A stretch of 56,246 nucleotides of DNA, taken from the NCBI GenBank assembly GCA_037446575.1, contig JBBIII010000007.1, forward strand, positions 1-56,246. The letters are read 5' to 3'. The notes under the pieces were generated by a model. It was not told the origin of the DNA. It saw only the letters and a program-made list of their open reading frames with translations, and searched no databases. Origin of the DNA: Ignavibacteriales bacterium (GTDB taxonomy: Bacteria > Bacteroidota > Ignavibacteria > UBA10030). This document shows, in pieces, positions 19,292 to 29,931 of this stretch (its first letter is position 1; the number at the start of each line of letters is the position of its first letter). Both the position numbers and the translations under genes were made by a program.

Positions 19292-19819
19292 ATGAAAATT
19301 ACACCATTGGAAATAAAACGTCAACAATTTAAAAAAACTTTGCGCGGATATGATTCTATTGAAGTAGATACATTTTTAGAAATGCTATCGAACGAAATGG
19401 AAGAGTTGATTTGTGAAAATAAAGAACAAAAGGAACAAATTCTGCAACAGGCAACGCAACTTGCTGATTATAAAAATATCGAGAAAACATTACAGCAAAC
19501 ATTATTGCAAGCGCAAGAAACGAGCGGAAAATCTATAGAGAACTCAAAGCACGAAGCTGAATTGATAATTAAAGAAGCCGAATTGAAAGCTTCTCAAATT
19601 ATTGAAAAGGCGCGCTTAGATTTTTCGCGTGTAAAAGAAGAAATAGCGCAAATGAAAGCAAGAAAAGAAAGCATCCTTAGTAAAATGAAGATTTTGCTAT
19701 CTTCAGAATTAAATTTAATTAAAGCTCTTGAAATTGATGAAGATGTAGATGTCGTCAATCCTTCAAAAGGAACTGGAAAAGAACATTTAGAAATAGATGA
19801 AATTTTAAAAAAACTCTGA
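19292..19819 (+). CDS. divIVA: DivIVA-domain protein
   Basis: ITPLEI..QQF...RGYD..EVD.FL plus coiled coil; ATG 19292 preferred over TTG 19277. Confidence 0.88.
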   Translation: MKITPLEIKRQQFKKTLRGYDSIEVDTFLEMLSNEMEELICENKEQKEQILQQATQLADYKNIEKTLQQTLLQAQETSGKSIENSKHEAELIIKEAELKASQIIEKARLDFSRVKEEIAQMKARKESILSKMKILLSSELNLIKALEIDEDVDVVNPSKGTGKEHLEIDEILKKL

Positions 19820-19836
19820 TATGATAGAGGCGCAGA

Positions 19837-20658
19837 ATGACAGTATTGAGAAAACAAATAAATGAAGCGGTAAAATTCATCAGAACGAAAACGCCCGCTC
19901 GACAAAAAATTGGAATTATACTAGGCACGGGACTTGGCGGTTTGGCTAAAGAAATTAAAAAGGATGTTGTAATAGATTATGCTAAAATTCCGCACTTTCC
20001 CGTCTCAACAGTTGAATCGCATCAAGGAAAGCTGATTTTTGGAACGCTTGCCGGTAAAAAAATTGTAGCAATGCAAGGACGTTTTCATATTTATGAGGGA
20101 TACGATCTAAAACAGGTTACATTTCCGGTTCGAGTAATGAAATTTTTAGGCGTTCAAAACTTGCTAATTTCTAATGCTGCGGGCGCATTGAATCCTCTAT
20201 TTCAAAAAGGGGATGTAATGATTATTTCCGACCATATAAATCTAATTGGCGATAATCCTTTAATTGGTCCTAATGACGATGAACTTGGGCCCCGTTTTCC
20301 CGATATGTCGGAAGCTTATAATAAAAAGTTGATTAGCTTAGCAGAGCAAATTGCGCTTGATTTGAAAATAAGAGTGCAAAAAGGAATTTATGTGGCAATG
20401 CAGGGGCCGAATTTAGAAACAAGCGCTGAATATCGTTTCCTTCGTATTATTGGCGCAGATGCGGTGGGAATGTCTACAGTGCCTGAAAATATTGTGGCAA
20501 ATCACATGGGAATGAATGTATTTGGAATATCTATAATTACAGATGAGTGTTTTCCAGACTCGCTTAAACCTGTAACGTTACCAGAGATTTTAAAAATAGC
20601 TAATAAAGCAGAGCCAAAAATGACGGCTATCATGAAGGAAGTTGTAAAAAGAATTTAG
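19837..20658 (+). CDS. punA: Purine-nucleoside phosphorylase (trimeric family)
   Basis: ILGTGLG, GRFH.YEG, GPNLET.AE, VGMSTVPE. Confidence 0.93.
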   Translation: MTVLRKQINEAVKFIRTKTPARQKIGIILGTGLGGLAKEIKKDVVIDYAKIPHFPVSTVESHQGKLIFGTLAGKKIVAMQGRFHIYEGYDLKQVTFPVRVMKFLGVQNLLISNAAGALNPLFQKGDVMIISDHINLIGDNPLIGPNDDELGPRFPDMSEAYNKKLISLAEQIALDLKIRVQKGIYVAMQGPNLETSAEYRFLRIIGADAVGMSTVPENIVANHMGMNVFGISIITDECFPDSLKPVTLPEILKIANKAEPKMTAIMKEVVKRI

Positions 20659-20812
20659 CAGTAAAAAGCCGAATAAAAGTAATTAGTCAAAATACAAAAG
20701 TTAAAATTGGAAAGTAGATAAATCAAGTAACAGCGAAACTAAAAAGCGAATATAAAAATGTATAAAATAACTAAATCGAATAATCATCAAATCACTTTAA
20801 CGAAATTTAAAG

Positions 20813-23800
20813 ATGTTTAAACAATTAACAGACAAAGTAAATTATCACGAACTCGAATCTGGAATTCTTAAGTTTTGGGAATCAAAAGATATTTTTAAAA
20901 AGAGTATTTCAACCCGGGAAGGGAGTAAAGAGTTTAATTTTTATGAAGGTCCGCCAACAGCGAATGGCAGACCTGGAATTCACCACGTAATGGCGCGCAC
21001 TCTAAAAGATATAATATGCCGGTACAAGACTATGCAGGGATTCCAAGTTCGTCGAAAAGCAGGTTGGGATACGCACGGACTTCCCGTTGAAATCGAAGTT
21101 GAAAAATCTCTTGGATTTAAGCACAAAGATGAAATTCTTGAATATGGTATAGCTAAGTTCAATGAAGAATGCAAAAAATCTGTGTGGAAGTACAAAGCTG
21201 ATTGGGAAGAATTGACGCGTATAATGGCTTATTGGGTAGATCTTGCACATCCGTATATTACTTTTGAAAATAATTATATCGAATCAATATGGTGGGCGTT
21301 ATCCCAATATTTTAAAAAAGGGTTAATTTACAAAGGGCATAAAATTCAACCGTACTGCCCGCGCTGTGAAACGCCTCTATCGTCTCACGAAGTATCGCTT
21401 GGTTATAAAGATGTTAAAGATCCGTCGGTATATTTGAAATTAAAAGTTAAAGGTGAAGAGAAAACATTTTTCCTTGTTTGGACGACGACACCGTGGACAT
21501 TAATATCTAACGTTGCTCTTGCTGTTCATCCGGATGTAGATTACGTAAAGGTTGAACATAAAACCGAATATTTGATACTTGCAGAAGCTCGTCTATCAGT
21601 TCTTGGCGATGAATATAGAATTATTGAAAAATTCAAAGGAAGCGCTCTTGCCGGAAAAGAATACGAACGAATGTTCAATTATCATCCGGCTAAGGAAAAA
21701 GGTTGGTATGTTGTTTTAGCTGATTTTGTTACGACAGAGGATGGCTCGGGTATTGTACATATGGCTCCGGCTTATGGCGAGGACGATTATCAAATTGGAC
21801 GTAAATATACATTGCCTACTATTCATCCGGTAAATAAATCGGGGGAATTTAGTCCCGAGGTAACAGATTTTGCCGGAATGTTTGTAAAAGACGCCGATCC
21901 GGAAATTATACAAAATCTGCGCAACAGAAATATCCTATATAAGAAGGAACAATATTTACATAGTTATCCGCATTGCTGGCGATGTTCTTCGCCGCTGTTG
22001 TATTATGCCCGCGAATCATGGTATATACGTACGACTGAATATGCAAAGCGCATGATAGAATTGAACAAAAAAATAAATTGGATACCGACGGAAGTAGGAA
22101 CCGGAAGATTTGGAAATTGGCTCGAAGAAAATAAAGATTGGGCATTATCGCGCGATAGATTTTGGGGAACGCCTCTTCCGATTTGGATTTGCGAAAACTG
22201 TAATAAACAAAAATGCGTTGGAAGTGTTGAAGAATTGAAAAAGGGGAATAATATACCGGAACCGTTAGATTTACATAAACCGCATGTTGACGCGGTTATT
22301 TTTAATTGCGATTGCGGCGGAGTAATGAAACGTACTCCGGAGTTGATAGATGTATGGTTCGATTCCGGCGCTATGCCGTTTGCACAGTGGCACTATCCAT
22401 TTGAAAATAAAGAGGTTTTTGAAAATGCTTATCCGGCAGATTTTATCTCGGAAGGAATTGACCAAACACGAGGTTGGTTTTACACACTTCATTCAATCGG
22501 TTGTTTCTTGTTTGATAAACCAGCATTTAAAAATGTGCTTGTGAACGAATTGATACTCGATAAGCAAGGACAGAAGATGTCTAAATCAAAAAAGAACAGT
22601 GTGGATCCATTCACATTAATCCAAAAATATGGAGCAGATACCGTTCGTTGGTATCTTGTGGCTCAAAGTCCGGTTTGGCGCCCCACATTGTTCGATGAAG
22701 ATGGCGTTGGGGAGGTTCAAAGAAAATTCTTTAGCACGCTTTTGAATACGTATTCATTCTTTGCTCTTTATGCAAATGTAGATGGATTTGATAACACAGA
22801 ACCAATAATTCCAATTAATGAGCGGCAAGAAATTGACCAATGGATATTATCTGAATTGAATACGTTAATCAAAAATTATTTTAATGCTGTTGATGCTTAC
22901 GATGTAACGAAAGCGGCGCGGGCAATAAGCGATTTTACAATAGATCAGCTTTCTAATTGGTACGTAAGGCGTAATAGACGAAGATTTTGGAAAAGCGAAA
23001 AGGGAAAAGATAAAACTGCGGCTTATCAAACGCTATACGAGTGCTTATTATCAATAATTAAAATGATTGCGCCATTCGCGCCGTTTATTTCCGAAGAACT
23101 ATATCTAAACCTGACACAAGAGAATAAATTCGCTGAAGAATCTGTTCATTTAGAGTCGATGCCAAGATATAATGATGCTTACATAAATATTGAGCTCGAA
23201 CATAGAATGGAACAAGCAATACGTATTGTAAGCATAGTTCGAGCAATGCGAGTGAAATCAAATTTAAAAGTTCGTCAACCGTTGCAAAAGATAATAATTC
23301 CAGTAACATCGGAGATAGAACGTAAAGAGATAGAGCAAATGTCAGATGTTATATTGGACGAAATAAATGTCAAAAAAATTGAATATGTAGCAGATGAGTC
23401 CGCAATTGTAAAGAAAAAATGTAGACCTAATTTTAAAGCTCTTGGTCCAAAATACGGTAAGAATGTTCAATTGATTGCAACCCGACTTCGGGAATTAACA
23501 AATGAAGAAATTAACATTCTGCAATCTCAAGGCAATTTAAAGCTTACAATAAGTGCTATCGAATACATAATCGAACAAACTGATATTGAGATTATTCATG
23601 AAGATATCGAAGGTTGGCTTGTTGAATCCGATGGGCAGATTACAGTTGCACTAGATACAGCTTTGACTGATGAGCTTGTTAGCGAAGGACTTGCACGCGA
23701 ATTTGTGAATCGAGTGCAGAATTTAAGAAAGGATTCCGGTTTTGATGTAACTGATCGTATCCGTATTTTCCATACATCTTCACAAAAGCTTTCAACAGCG

Positions 23801-23944
23801 TTAGACAAAATGACAAATTATATAAAGCAAGAAACCTTAGCTGTGGCACTCGATTCTCTTCCATTTGACAACGATATTATACGAAGTGCAAAAGAGGAAG
23901 ATATAAATGGGGAAAAAAGTACAATTGCAGTTGTGAAAATTTAA
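20813..23944 (+). CDS. ileS: Isoleucine--tRNA ligase (type 2)
   Basis: EGPPTANG, GWDTHGLPVE, WTTTPWTL, KMSKS; long type-2 C-terminus (EGLAREFVNRVQ). Confidence 0.97.
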   Translation: MFKQLTDKVNYHELESGILKFWESKDIFKKSISTREGSKEFNFYEGPPTANGRPGIHHVMARTLKDIICRYKTMQGFQVRRKAGWDTHGLPVEIEVEKSLGFKHKDEILEYGIAKFNEECKKSVWKYKADWEELTRIMAYWVDLAHPYITFENNYIESIWWALSQYFKKGLIYKGHKIQPYCPRCETPLSSHEVSLGYKDVKDPSVYLKLKVKGEEKTFFLVWTTTPWTLISNVALAVHPDVDYVKVEHKTEYLILAEARLSVLGDEYRIIEKFKGSALAGKEYERMFNYHPAKEKGWYVVLADFVTTEDGSGIVHMAPAYGEDDYQIGRKYTLPTIHPVNKSGEFSPEVTDFAGMFVKDADPEIIQNLRNRNILYKKEQYLHSYPHCWRCSSPLLYYARESWYIRTTEYAKRMIELNKKINWIPTEVGTGRFGNWLEENKDWALSRDRFWGTPLPIWICENCNKQKCVGSVEELKKGNNIPEPLDLHKPHVDAVIFNCDCGGVMKRTPELIDVWFDSGAMPFAQWHYPFENKEVFENAYPADFISEGIDQTRGWFYTLHSIGCFLFDKPAFKNVLVNELILDKQGQKMSKSKKNSVDPFTLIQKYGADTVRWYLVAQSPVWRPTLFDEDGVGEVQRKFFSTLLNTYSFFALYANVDGFDNTEPIIPINERQEIDQWILSELNTLIKNYFNAVDAYDVTKAARAISDFTIDQLSNWYVRRNRRRFWKSEKGKDKTAAYQTLYECLLSIIKMIAPFAPFISEELYLNLTQENKFAEESVHLESMPRYNDAYINIELEHRMEQAIRIVSIVRAMRVKSNLKVRQPLQKIIIPVTSEIERKEIEQMSDVILDEINVKKIEYVADESAIVKKKCRPNFKALGPKYGKNVQLIATRLRELTNEEINILQSQGNLKLTISAIEYIIEQTDIEIIHEDIEGWLVESDGQITVALDTALTDELVSEGLAREFVNRVQNLRKDSGFDVTDRIRIFHTSSQKLSTALDKMTNYIKQETLAVALDSLPFDNDIIRSAKEEDINGEKSTIAVVKI

Positions 23945-24002
23945 TATATATTTGAGACAATATTTAACGGATGTTTAACTCTCTTAAGTCGGGAGAAATA
24001 AT

Positions 24003-24494
24003 ATGGCAAAGAAAAAGATTCTTAAAAAAACGATAAAAAAGACAAGCAAAAAACTTGTTAAAAAAAGCAATAAAAGGGTAAAAAAAGCTTGTGCTAACAA
24101 AAGAAAAGCTACAACAAAAAAAGGTTATAGCAAAGCGGAATTAGTGCGTTTTAAAAATATCATTCTTGAAAAAAGAAAAGAAATATTAGAAGAGCTTGAA
24201 TCCCTTAAATCTACTATGATGGATGTTACAACTGGTCAGTACGAAATTGAGAGCTCTAGTTATTCGTTACATATGGAGCAAGGCACGGATGCCATGGAAC
24301 GTGAAAAGACATTCTTATTTGCGTCGAGAGAAGGAAAATTTCTAAATTACCTTGATGATGCGTTGAAGCGGATTGAAAAAGGAAATTATGGGTTTTGTAC
24401 TGAGTGTGGCAATCTGATAGACAAAGAGCGGCTTGAAGCTGTTCCACATGCTCACCAGTGTATAAAATGCAAAATGAACAAGGGAGGAAAGTAA
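24003..24494 (+). CDS. dksA: TraR/DksA C4 zinc-finger protein with Lys-rich N-terminus
   Basis: YGFCTECG..I..ERLEAVP....CIKC. Confidence 0.85.
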   Translation: MAKKKILKKTIKKTSKKLVKKSNKRVKKACANKRKATTKKGYSKAELVRFKNIILEKRKEILEELESLKSTMMDVTTGQYEIESSSYSLHMEQGTDAMEREKTFLFASREGKFLNYLDDALKRIEKGNYGFCTECGNLIDKERLEAVPHAHQCIKCKMNKGGK

Positions 24495-24655
24495 TAATAA
24501 ACACAATGCAGAAAGTAAAATGCAGATAATAAAATCCATGATTAAGAAAGATAAAAATCTGAGATAGTAAATCTGCAGAAAAATAGATTCAATTAAAGTA
24601 TAAAATAACTATAATTTTACACATCCAATCATGAAAATCTACAAAGAGGTATTTC

Positions 24656-25309
24656 TTGCGCGTTTTATATATAACTCTATTTATTGTCGTTATCGATCAA
24701 ATCACTAAATTTCTAATTAAGGGGTTTTCGCTTCCAATTTTTGATTATTACCATCAAGGAATGATTTTAGGGCAGAGTATTCCGGTTATCGGAGATTTCC
24801 TTCGAATCACGTTTATAGAAAATCCCGGTATGGTTTTTGGAATTGACATAGGGGGACAATTATTAAGAGCGATTTTTACGATTTTGGCTTGTTTAGCAAT
24901 CCTGTATTATATCTATCATATAAAAAATGAAGCATTAATTGTTCGGATAACATTAGCTATGATATTAGGGGGCGCAATCGGGAATATGATCGACAGGACT
25001 TTTTATGGCGTCATTTATGGCGAAGCACCGCTTTTTTATGGGAAGGTAGTAGATTTTGTCGATGTCGATATAATCGATATAAATATTTTTGGAATACATA
25101 TGGAACGGTTTGCAATTTTCAACGTTGCAGATTCGGCGGTAACAATCGGAATTATTCTTATGATTTTATTCCACAACAAGTTCACAAAAAAAGAAGAAGC
25201 CAAAGATATCACAAATGATGCAGAAAAAATTGTTGCGGAACAAAACCCGATTACTTCAGAATCTGTTGAAGAAAAAAGCGAAGCAGAAAAAAAGGAAACA
25301 GGTTCCTAA
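24656..25309 (+). CDS. lspA: Lipoprotein signal peptidase II
   Basis: DQITK, NPG, GGAIGNMIDR, VVDF, FNVAD. Confidence 0.95.
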   Translation: MRVLYITLFIVVIDQITKFLIKGFSLPIFDYYHQGMILGQSIPVIGDFLRITFIENPGMVFGIDIGGQLLRAIFTILACLAILYYIYHIKNEALIVRITLAMILGGAIGNMIDRTFYGVIYGEAPLFYGKVVDFVDVDIIDINIFGIHMERFAIFNVADSAVTIGIILMILFHNKFTKKEEAKDITNDAEKIVAEQNPITSESVEEKSEAEKKETGS

Positions 25310-25319
25310 TAATTATTTT

Positions 25320-26315
25320 ATGTCTCCTCTTAAATCAACTAAAGAAAATATGGAGGAACTCGACAGCCTGCAAATAGTTATTCCTTCTGGCGAGCAACGA
25401 AAACGGATCGATATATACCTAACACATCGAATTGAAAATGCAACCCGCAGTAAAGTGCAACAGGCAATAACAGCAGGTCTTGTGCTTGTAAATAAAAAGC
25501 CAACTAAAGCTGGTTATTTTATAAATCCGAATGATATAATTGATATTACATTTCAGCGTCCTCCACGCTCAGAAGCGATTCCTGAAAATATTCCGTTAAA
25601 TGTATTATATGAAGATGATGTTTTACTTATTGTAAATAAACCTGCTGGAATGGTTACGCATCCGGCTTATGGAAATTATTCGGGCACTTTGGTAAACGCG
25701 CTCTTATATCATTGTAATCAACTTTCCAAAATTAATGCCGAATTGCGTCCCGGTATCGTGCATCGTTTAGATAAGGATACAACCGGATTAATGGTTATAG
25801 CCAAGACAGATTTTTCGCACAATTTCTTGGCTAAACAATTTTCAAAAAGAACTATTGAACGCGAATACTGGGCATTAGTATGGGGAAAATTTAAAAAGAA
25901 CAAAGGAAAAATAGAGGCGAACTTAGGAAGAAGCAAACGCGATAGAAAGAAAGTAGCGGTTGTTGAAGATGGAAAATTAGCGATTACTGAATATGAAGTG
26001 TTAAAGGAATATGATTTTTTTTCGCTAATAAGGTTGCACATAAAGACCGGCAGAACTCATCAAATCAGAGTTCATTTAGCGCATATAGGACATCCTGTTT
26101 TTGGCGATCCGACTTATGGCGGGAGGACAGAAAATTGGAATGGCTTGGAAGGCAAAAAAGCAAAACAAGCCGCAAATTTATTAAAACTCATAAACCGGCA
26201 AGCGTTACATGCAAAAACTATTGGTTTTATTCATCCTGTTAAAAAAGAGTTTATGAAATTTGATTCTGAGTTGCCTGAAGATATGAGGTCTATTCTTGCA
26301 GAATGCAAATATTAG
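25320..26315 (+). CDS. rluD: RluA/RluD-family pseudouridine synthase with S4 domain
   Basis: HRLDKDTTG, TGRTHQIRVH; start moved to ATG 25320 to avoid the lspA overlap. Confidence 0.92.
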   Translation: MSPLKSTKENMEELDSLQIVIPSGEQRKRIDIYLTHRIENATRSKVQQAITAGLVLVNKKPTKAGYFINPNDIIDITFQRPPRSEAIPENIPLNVLYEDDVLLIVNKPAGMVTHPAYGNYSGTLVNALLYHCNQLSKINAELRPGIVHRLDKDTTGLMVIAKTDFSHNFLAKQFSKRTIEREYWALVWGKFKKNKGKIEANLGRSKRDRKKVAVVEDGKLAITEYEVLKEYDFFSLIRLHIKTGRTHQIRVHLAHIGHPVFGDPTYGGRTENWNGLEGKKAKQAANLLKLINRQALHAKTIGFIHPVKKEFMKFDSELPEDMRSILAECKY

Positions 26316-26343
26316 TTCACTATGATGTCTTTTTGTCGAAATT

Positions 26344-27084
26344 CTATTTTATTTTATGTTCTGTTTGTTCAAACTGCATTGTAAAGATAGAAGACGCGAT
26401 AGGAAATCGTAGCTTAAATGACTTCGTTTTTGTGAAAAAATTGAAATGAACTCTTCCTTCTGTACTATTGCCTGGTTCTAAAGTTGTTTTTCTTAGCGTC
26501 GAGGATTGCCAATAATGTTTTAAATTCTCTAACTCGTATATACTTCGTTCGTAATCAAATTTTCGCCTATCATAACTTTCTTCGGCTTCTTTTCTTGCAT
26601 ATTCTCGTTTTCTCATTTCATCTTCTGTTTTACTTTTACCTATCGTTGCTACATCTATAAAAAAATTAAAGAATGAACCAAACACATGTGAAACTTGATA
26701 AGATTCAAACGATGCTTTTTCTTTGGAAATTTGGCCATCTAAATTTAAAACTTCTTTTTCAGGGTCTATTGCGAAAAATATTTTCTGGTTTGAGGTGGTT
26801 TTATTATTGTCAGGAATACATTCAAATACTGCGGGGTCAACAATGAAATCTGATTGGGACTCGTTTCTGATAATTACTTTAAAGCACATTAAATTATTTT
26901 TGTTTTCAATAAATCCAACAAGAATAGAAATGCAGGAATCAGATTTGTCTATTAAGCCGACGCCACTTGCCCACTTTATTTCAGAATCCATCGGTCTAAT
27001 AGTATAAATAGGGGCGGGCGTTATACATCCATAATCAAGAACAATAAAACTTAAAACGAATATTATGCAGATGTATTTTTTCAT
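26344..27084 (-). CDS. Hypothetical lipoprotein
   Basis: Signal ending YGC; ATGA-coupled to the upstream gene. Confidence 0.7.
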   Translation of the reverse strand: MKKYICIIFVLSFIVLDYGCITPAPIYTIRPMDSEIKWASGVGLIDKSDSCISILVGFIENKNNLMCFKVIIRNESQSDFIVDPAVFECIPDNNKTTSNQKIFFAIDPEKEVLNLDGQISKEKASFESYQVSHVFGSFFNFFIDVATIGKSKTEDEMRKREYARKEAEESYDRRKFDYERSIYELENLKHYWQSSTLRKTTLEPGNSTEGRVHFNFFTKTKSFKLRFPIASSIFTMQFEQTEHKIK

Positions 27085-28274
27085 TTTCTTCTTGTGTTTT
27101 CATTCTCATTTCTCTGTGTTGGTCTATTAGGAGAATTTCTTTCGATTCTTGGGTTTATAGGTTCTCGCCTTTTCGGTTCGTTTTGTATTTGTTGCTTTTC
27201 TCTGTTGATTGGCGGTGTCGGGTTTTGCCCTCTTTCATATCTTTCTAATAATTCGCGCCGCTTCTCGGATCGGCCTTTTGGTTTTTCTTGGTTACTAATA
27301 TTTGGAATATTTTCACGGCGCGGCTCTTCTTGCTTAATTCTGTGTTCAGTCTCTCTTTCCTTTCTTGATTCTTCGCGGATAGTTTTTTCTTGTGTTGTGT
27401 TTCTTTCTTCTGTGCGTTGTCTTTCAATTTTTGTCATATCTATCGAAAGAGAGCGTTCGCCGCGTCTAACTTGCGGTGTTTCGGCGCGTCTATTCATCTC
27501 ATCTTGCGTGGGGCGAAAAATTTCTATTCTATTTTCCCTCTGATTTGTTTCTGACCTAATTATTCTTTCGACGTTTTGTTCCCGAACTTCACGAACTTGA
27601 GCTTGTGAAATTACAACATTCCCACGTCTCTCAATGATATTTCTATCTACTCCACGGTTTATTATTCTATCTCCCTCAATTTCAAATTGATTCCCTGCGC
27701 GCGACGTTCTTATCAATCGTCTTGTATGCTCTTCGGGTGCAACGTCTCTATATCGGAATACGGAACAGAACCGATGATATCGTACAAAATTCCAATAATG
27801 AACTGGCGCAACCCAGTGAGAAGTAAATCTGATTCCAATTCCAATTCTAAATACAGCATAAGGTGGTAGAGGCGCCCAACCAATGTAATCATCTGAATAA
27901 CGCCACTCGACCCAAGCTGGTCCCCATACATTATCCGGAACCCAAACCCATCCGTAATAATCATCATAGTACCACCTGCCATAGTGGTAAGTAATCCAAC
28001 CGAATGGCTCGCGCGACATCCAATACCAGCCGTAGTCTGTCCAAATCCATCTGCCAATTAAATAAGGACGCCAGCGATAAGATACATTGAACGGCCGCCA
28101 TACATGAAAACCGTGTTCAATTTCTATCCACTCGCCGTGCGGTGAAAGCGTTGTATAAAAGAATCCGAATTTAACTCCGGCTCCAATAGGCATTGAATTT
28201 GGAGCCGAGTTTGCCGTGTAATTAATTATAATTGTAAGCGCTAAAACAGATAATATAAAAATCGCTTGTTTCAT
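27081..28274 (-). CDS. DUF6600-like Trp/Gly/Pro-rich exported protein with Arg/Glu-rich disordered tail
   Basis: FY..LSPHGEW, WRPY..GRW.WTDYGW.W.S.EPFGW..YHYGRW, WGPAWV.WR, GWAPLPP. Confidence 0.75.
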   Translation of the reverse strand: MKQAIFILSVLALTIIINYTANSAPNSMPIGAGVKFGFFYTTLSPHGEWIEIEHGFHVWRPFNVSYRWRPYLIGRWIWTDYGWYWMSREPFGWITYHYGRWYYDDYYGWVWVPDNVWGPAWVEWRYSDDYIGWAPLPPYAVFRIGIGIRFTSHWVAPVHYWNFVRYHRFCSVFRYRDVAPEEHTRRLIRTSRAGNQFEIEGDRIINRGVDRNIIERRGNVVISQAQVREVREQNVERIIRSETNQRENRIEIFRPTQDEMNRRAETPQVRRGERSLSIDMTKIERQRTEERNTTQEKTIREESRKERETEHRIKQEEPRRENIPNISNQEKPKGRSEKRRELLERYERGQNPTPPINREKQQIQNEPKRREPINPRIERNSPNRPTQRNENENTRRK

Positions 28275-28394
28275 TGTTCACCTCGTTTTTGTTACTACTA
28301 ATTCACCTTTAACAAGTGAAATGCCATCGACGTCTACAAAAATCAATCCAAAATCGAAATATTTTTTCAACTTTTGTCTATTTCTTAACTCAAA

Positions 28395-28414
28395 TTGTAT
28401 GTTAATTCATACAA
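28395..28414. promoter_or_regulatory. Palindrome, candidate operator in a divergent intergenic region
   Basis: TTGTATG-ttaatt-CATACAA. Confidence 0.4.
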
Positions 28415-28486
28415 CATAAGGTATTGCAAAGACGATATTTTTTATTGATTTTTGTATCAATTAATTAGCATTGAAAGGAAATTGAA

Positions 28487-29086
28487 TTGGCAACTCGCGC
28501 GGTTGTAGTTATTACGGCATATCTTGCGGCTCAAATGCTAAGCGACATAACTAGTCTTAAAATTATCGTTTTTCTTGGACTTTCGATGGACGCTGGCACA
28601 TTGATTTACCCGATTACATTTACGCTACGAGATTTAGTTCACAAATTGTTGGGAATTAAAATCGCTCGAGTATTAATATTACTTGCGGCTGGAATAAATT
28701 TAATAATGGCGGGATTGTTTTGGTTTGTGTCAATTTTGCCTGCTGATCCTAACGTAGGTCCTCAAACTGAATTTGCAATTGTGCTCGCTCCTGTTTGGCG
28801 TATTGTGATCGCTTCGATAATTGCAGAGGTGATTTCTGAACTTGTTGACACAGAAGCTTATCGGATGTGGGCAAAACGTTTAGGCGAGCGCAAGCAATGG
28901 TTGCGGGTTTTAGGTAGTAATTCTATCAGCGTTCCTCTTGATAGTCTAATGTTTTCTTGGTTAGCTTTTGGCGGAGTGTATGATAATTCAGTTGTGTGGG
29001 CTATTGTATTAAGTAATATTATTCTTAAAATGATTACTACTTTTGTGAGCATTCCGCTAATTTATACAGTGCCGGAGAAAAAGTAA
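28487..29086 (+). CDS. yhhQ: Queuosine precursor transporter (YhhQ/Vut_1)
   Basis: GTLIYPITF...D; RIVIAS; WLR..GS..IS..LDS..F. Confidence 0.85.
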   Translation: MATRAVVVITAYLAAQMLSDITSLKIIVFLGLSMDAGTLIYPITFTLRDLVHKLLGIKIARVLILLAAGINLIMAGLFWFVSILPADPNVGPQTEFAIVLAPVWRIVIASIIAEVISELVDTEAYRMWAKRLGERKQWLRVLGSNSISVPLDSLMFSWLAFGGVYDNSVVWAIVLSNIILKMITTFVSIPLIYTVPEKK

Positions 29087-29220
29087 TTGAGGGATTAAGC
29101 CTATTAGTTTGTGAATCGATGAGTCTATAAGTCTATAAGTAGTTAAGCAGTAGGTAATACATAGCAAATATTAAATTATCAATAACGGATAGAACGTTCT
29201 TAATCCCTGATTACCAACTA

Positions 29221-29931
29221 TCAAGCCATATTATGGAAGACCGATTGCACATCATCATCTTCTTCGAGTTTATCTAACAAGTCTTGAACTTCTTTCATCT
29301 GTTCTTCGTTAAGTTCTTTTGTTGTTGTTGGAAGATATTGTAATTCGGCGCTTTTAACTTCTATGCCTTTCTCTTCTAAATATTTCTGCATTTTTCCGTA
29401 ATCTTGAAAAGAAGAGTAAATTTGTAATTCCTGTTCGTGTTGAACTAATTCGTCAAGTCCGTAATCAATTAGCTCTAATTCGAATTCTTCTAAATTAGAA
29501 ATTATAGATGCATCAATTCGAACAAGTCCTTTGCGTTCGAACATAAATCCGATCGAGCCGGATGCTCCGAGCGATCCGCCGGCTTTGGTAAGATAATGTC
29601 TGATGTTTGCTACTGTACGCGTTGGGTTATCAGTTGCACATTCAACTATTATGGCAATTCCATGCGGAGCGAAGCATTCGTAAATAACTTCTTGATAGCC
29701 GGATGTATCTTTTAGCGATGCGCGTTTAATAGCCGCTTCAACCCGATCTTTTGGCATATTAACGCTTTTAGCATTTTGGATTGCAATACGTAATCTCGGA
29801 TTGGCTTTAGAGTCTGGTCCTCCAGATTTTACCGCAATTTCAATTTCGCGTCCTATTCTGTTAAATGCTTTTGACATTCGAGAAAAGCGCGCAAACATTT
29901 TATATTTACGTTTTTCAAATATTCTACCCAT
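29221..29931 (-). CDS. yebC: YebC/PmpR family protein
   Basis: NMPKD, TDNPTRT, LEEDDDVQSVFHN. Confidence 0.95.
   Translation of the reverse strand: MGRIFEKRKYKMFARFSRMSKAFNRIGREIEIAVKSGGPDSKANPRLRIAIQNAKSVNMPKDRVEAAIKRASLKDTSGYQEVIYECFAPHGIAIIVECATDNPTRTVANIRHYLTKAGGSLGASGSIGFMFERKGLVRIDASIISNLEEFELELIDYGLDELVQHEQELQIYSSFQDYGKMQKYLEEKGIEVKSAELQYLPTTTKELNEEQMKEVQDLLDKLEEDDDVQSVFHNMA

Noticed and set aside
20659-20812. T-box or other leader upstream of ileS
   Set aside because: A-rich low-complexity spacer with no T-box consensus or terminator
24505-24532. 14-bp tandem duplication (aatgcagaaagtaa/aatgcagataataa)
   Set aside because: Only two degenerate copies; perhaps decayed heptamer repeats but too weak to call
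25215-25319. N-terminal extension of RluD overlapping lspA
   Set aside because: Out-of-frame read of the lspA tail; ATG 25320 or 25350 is more plausible
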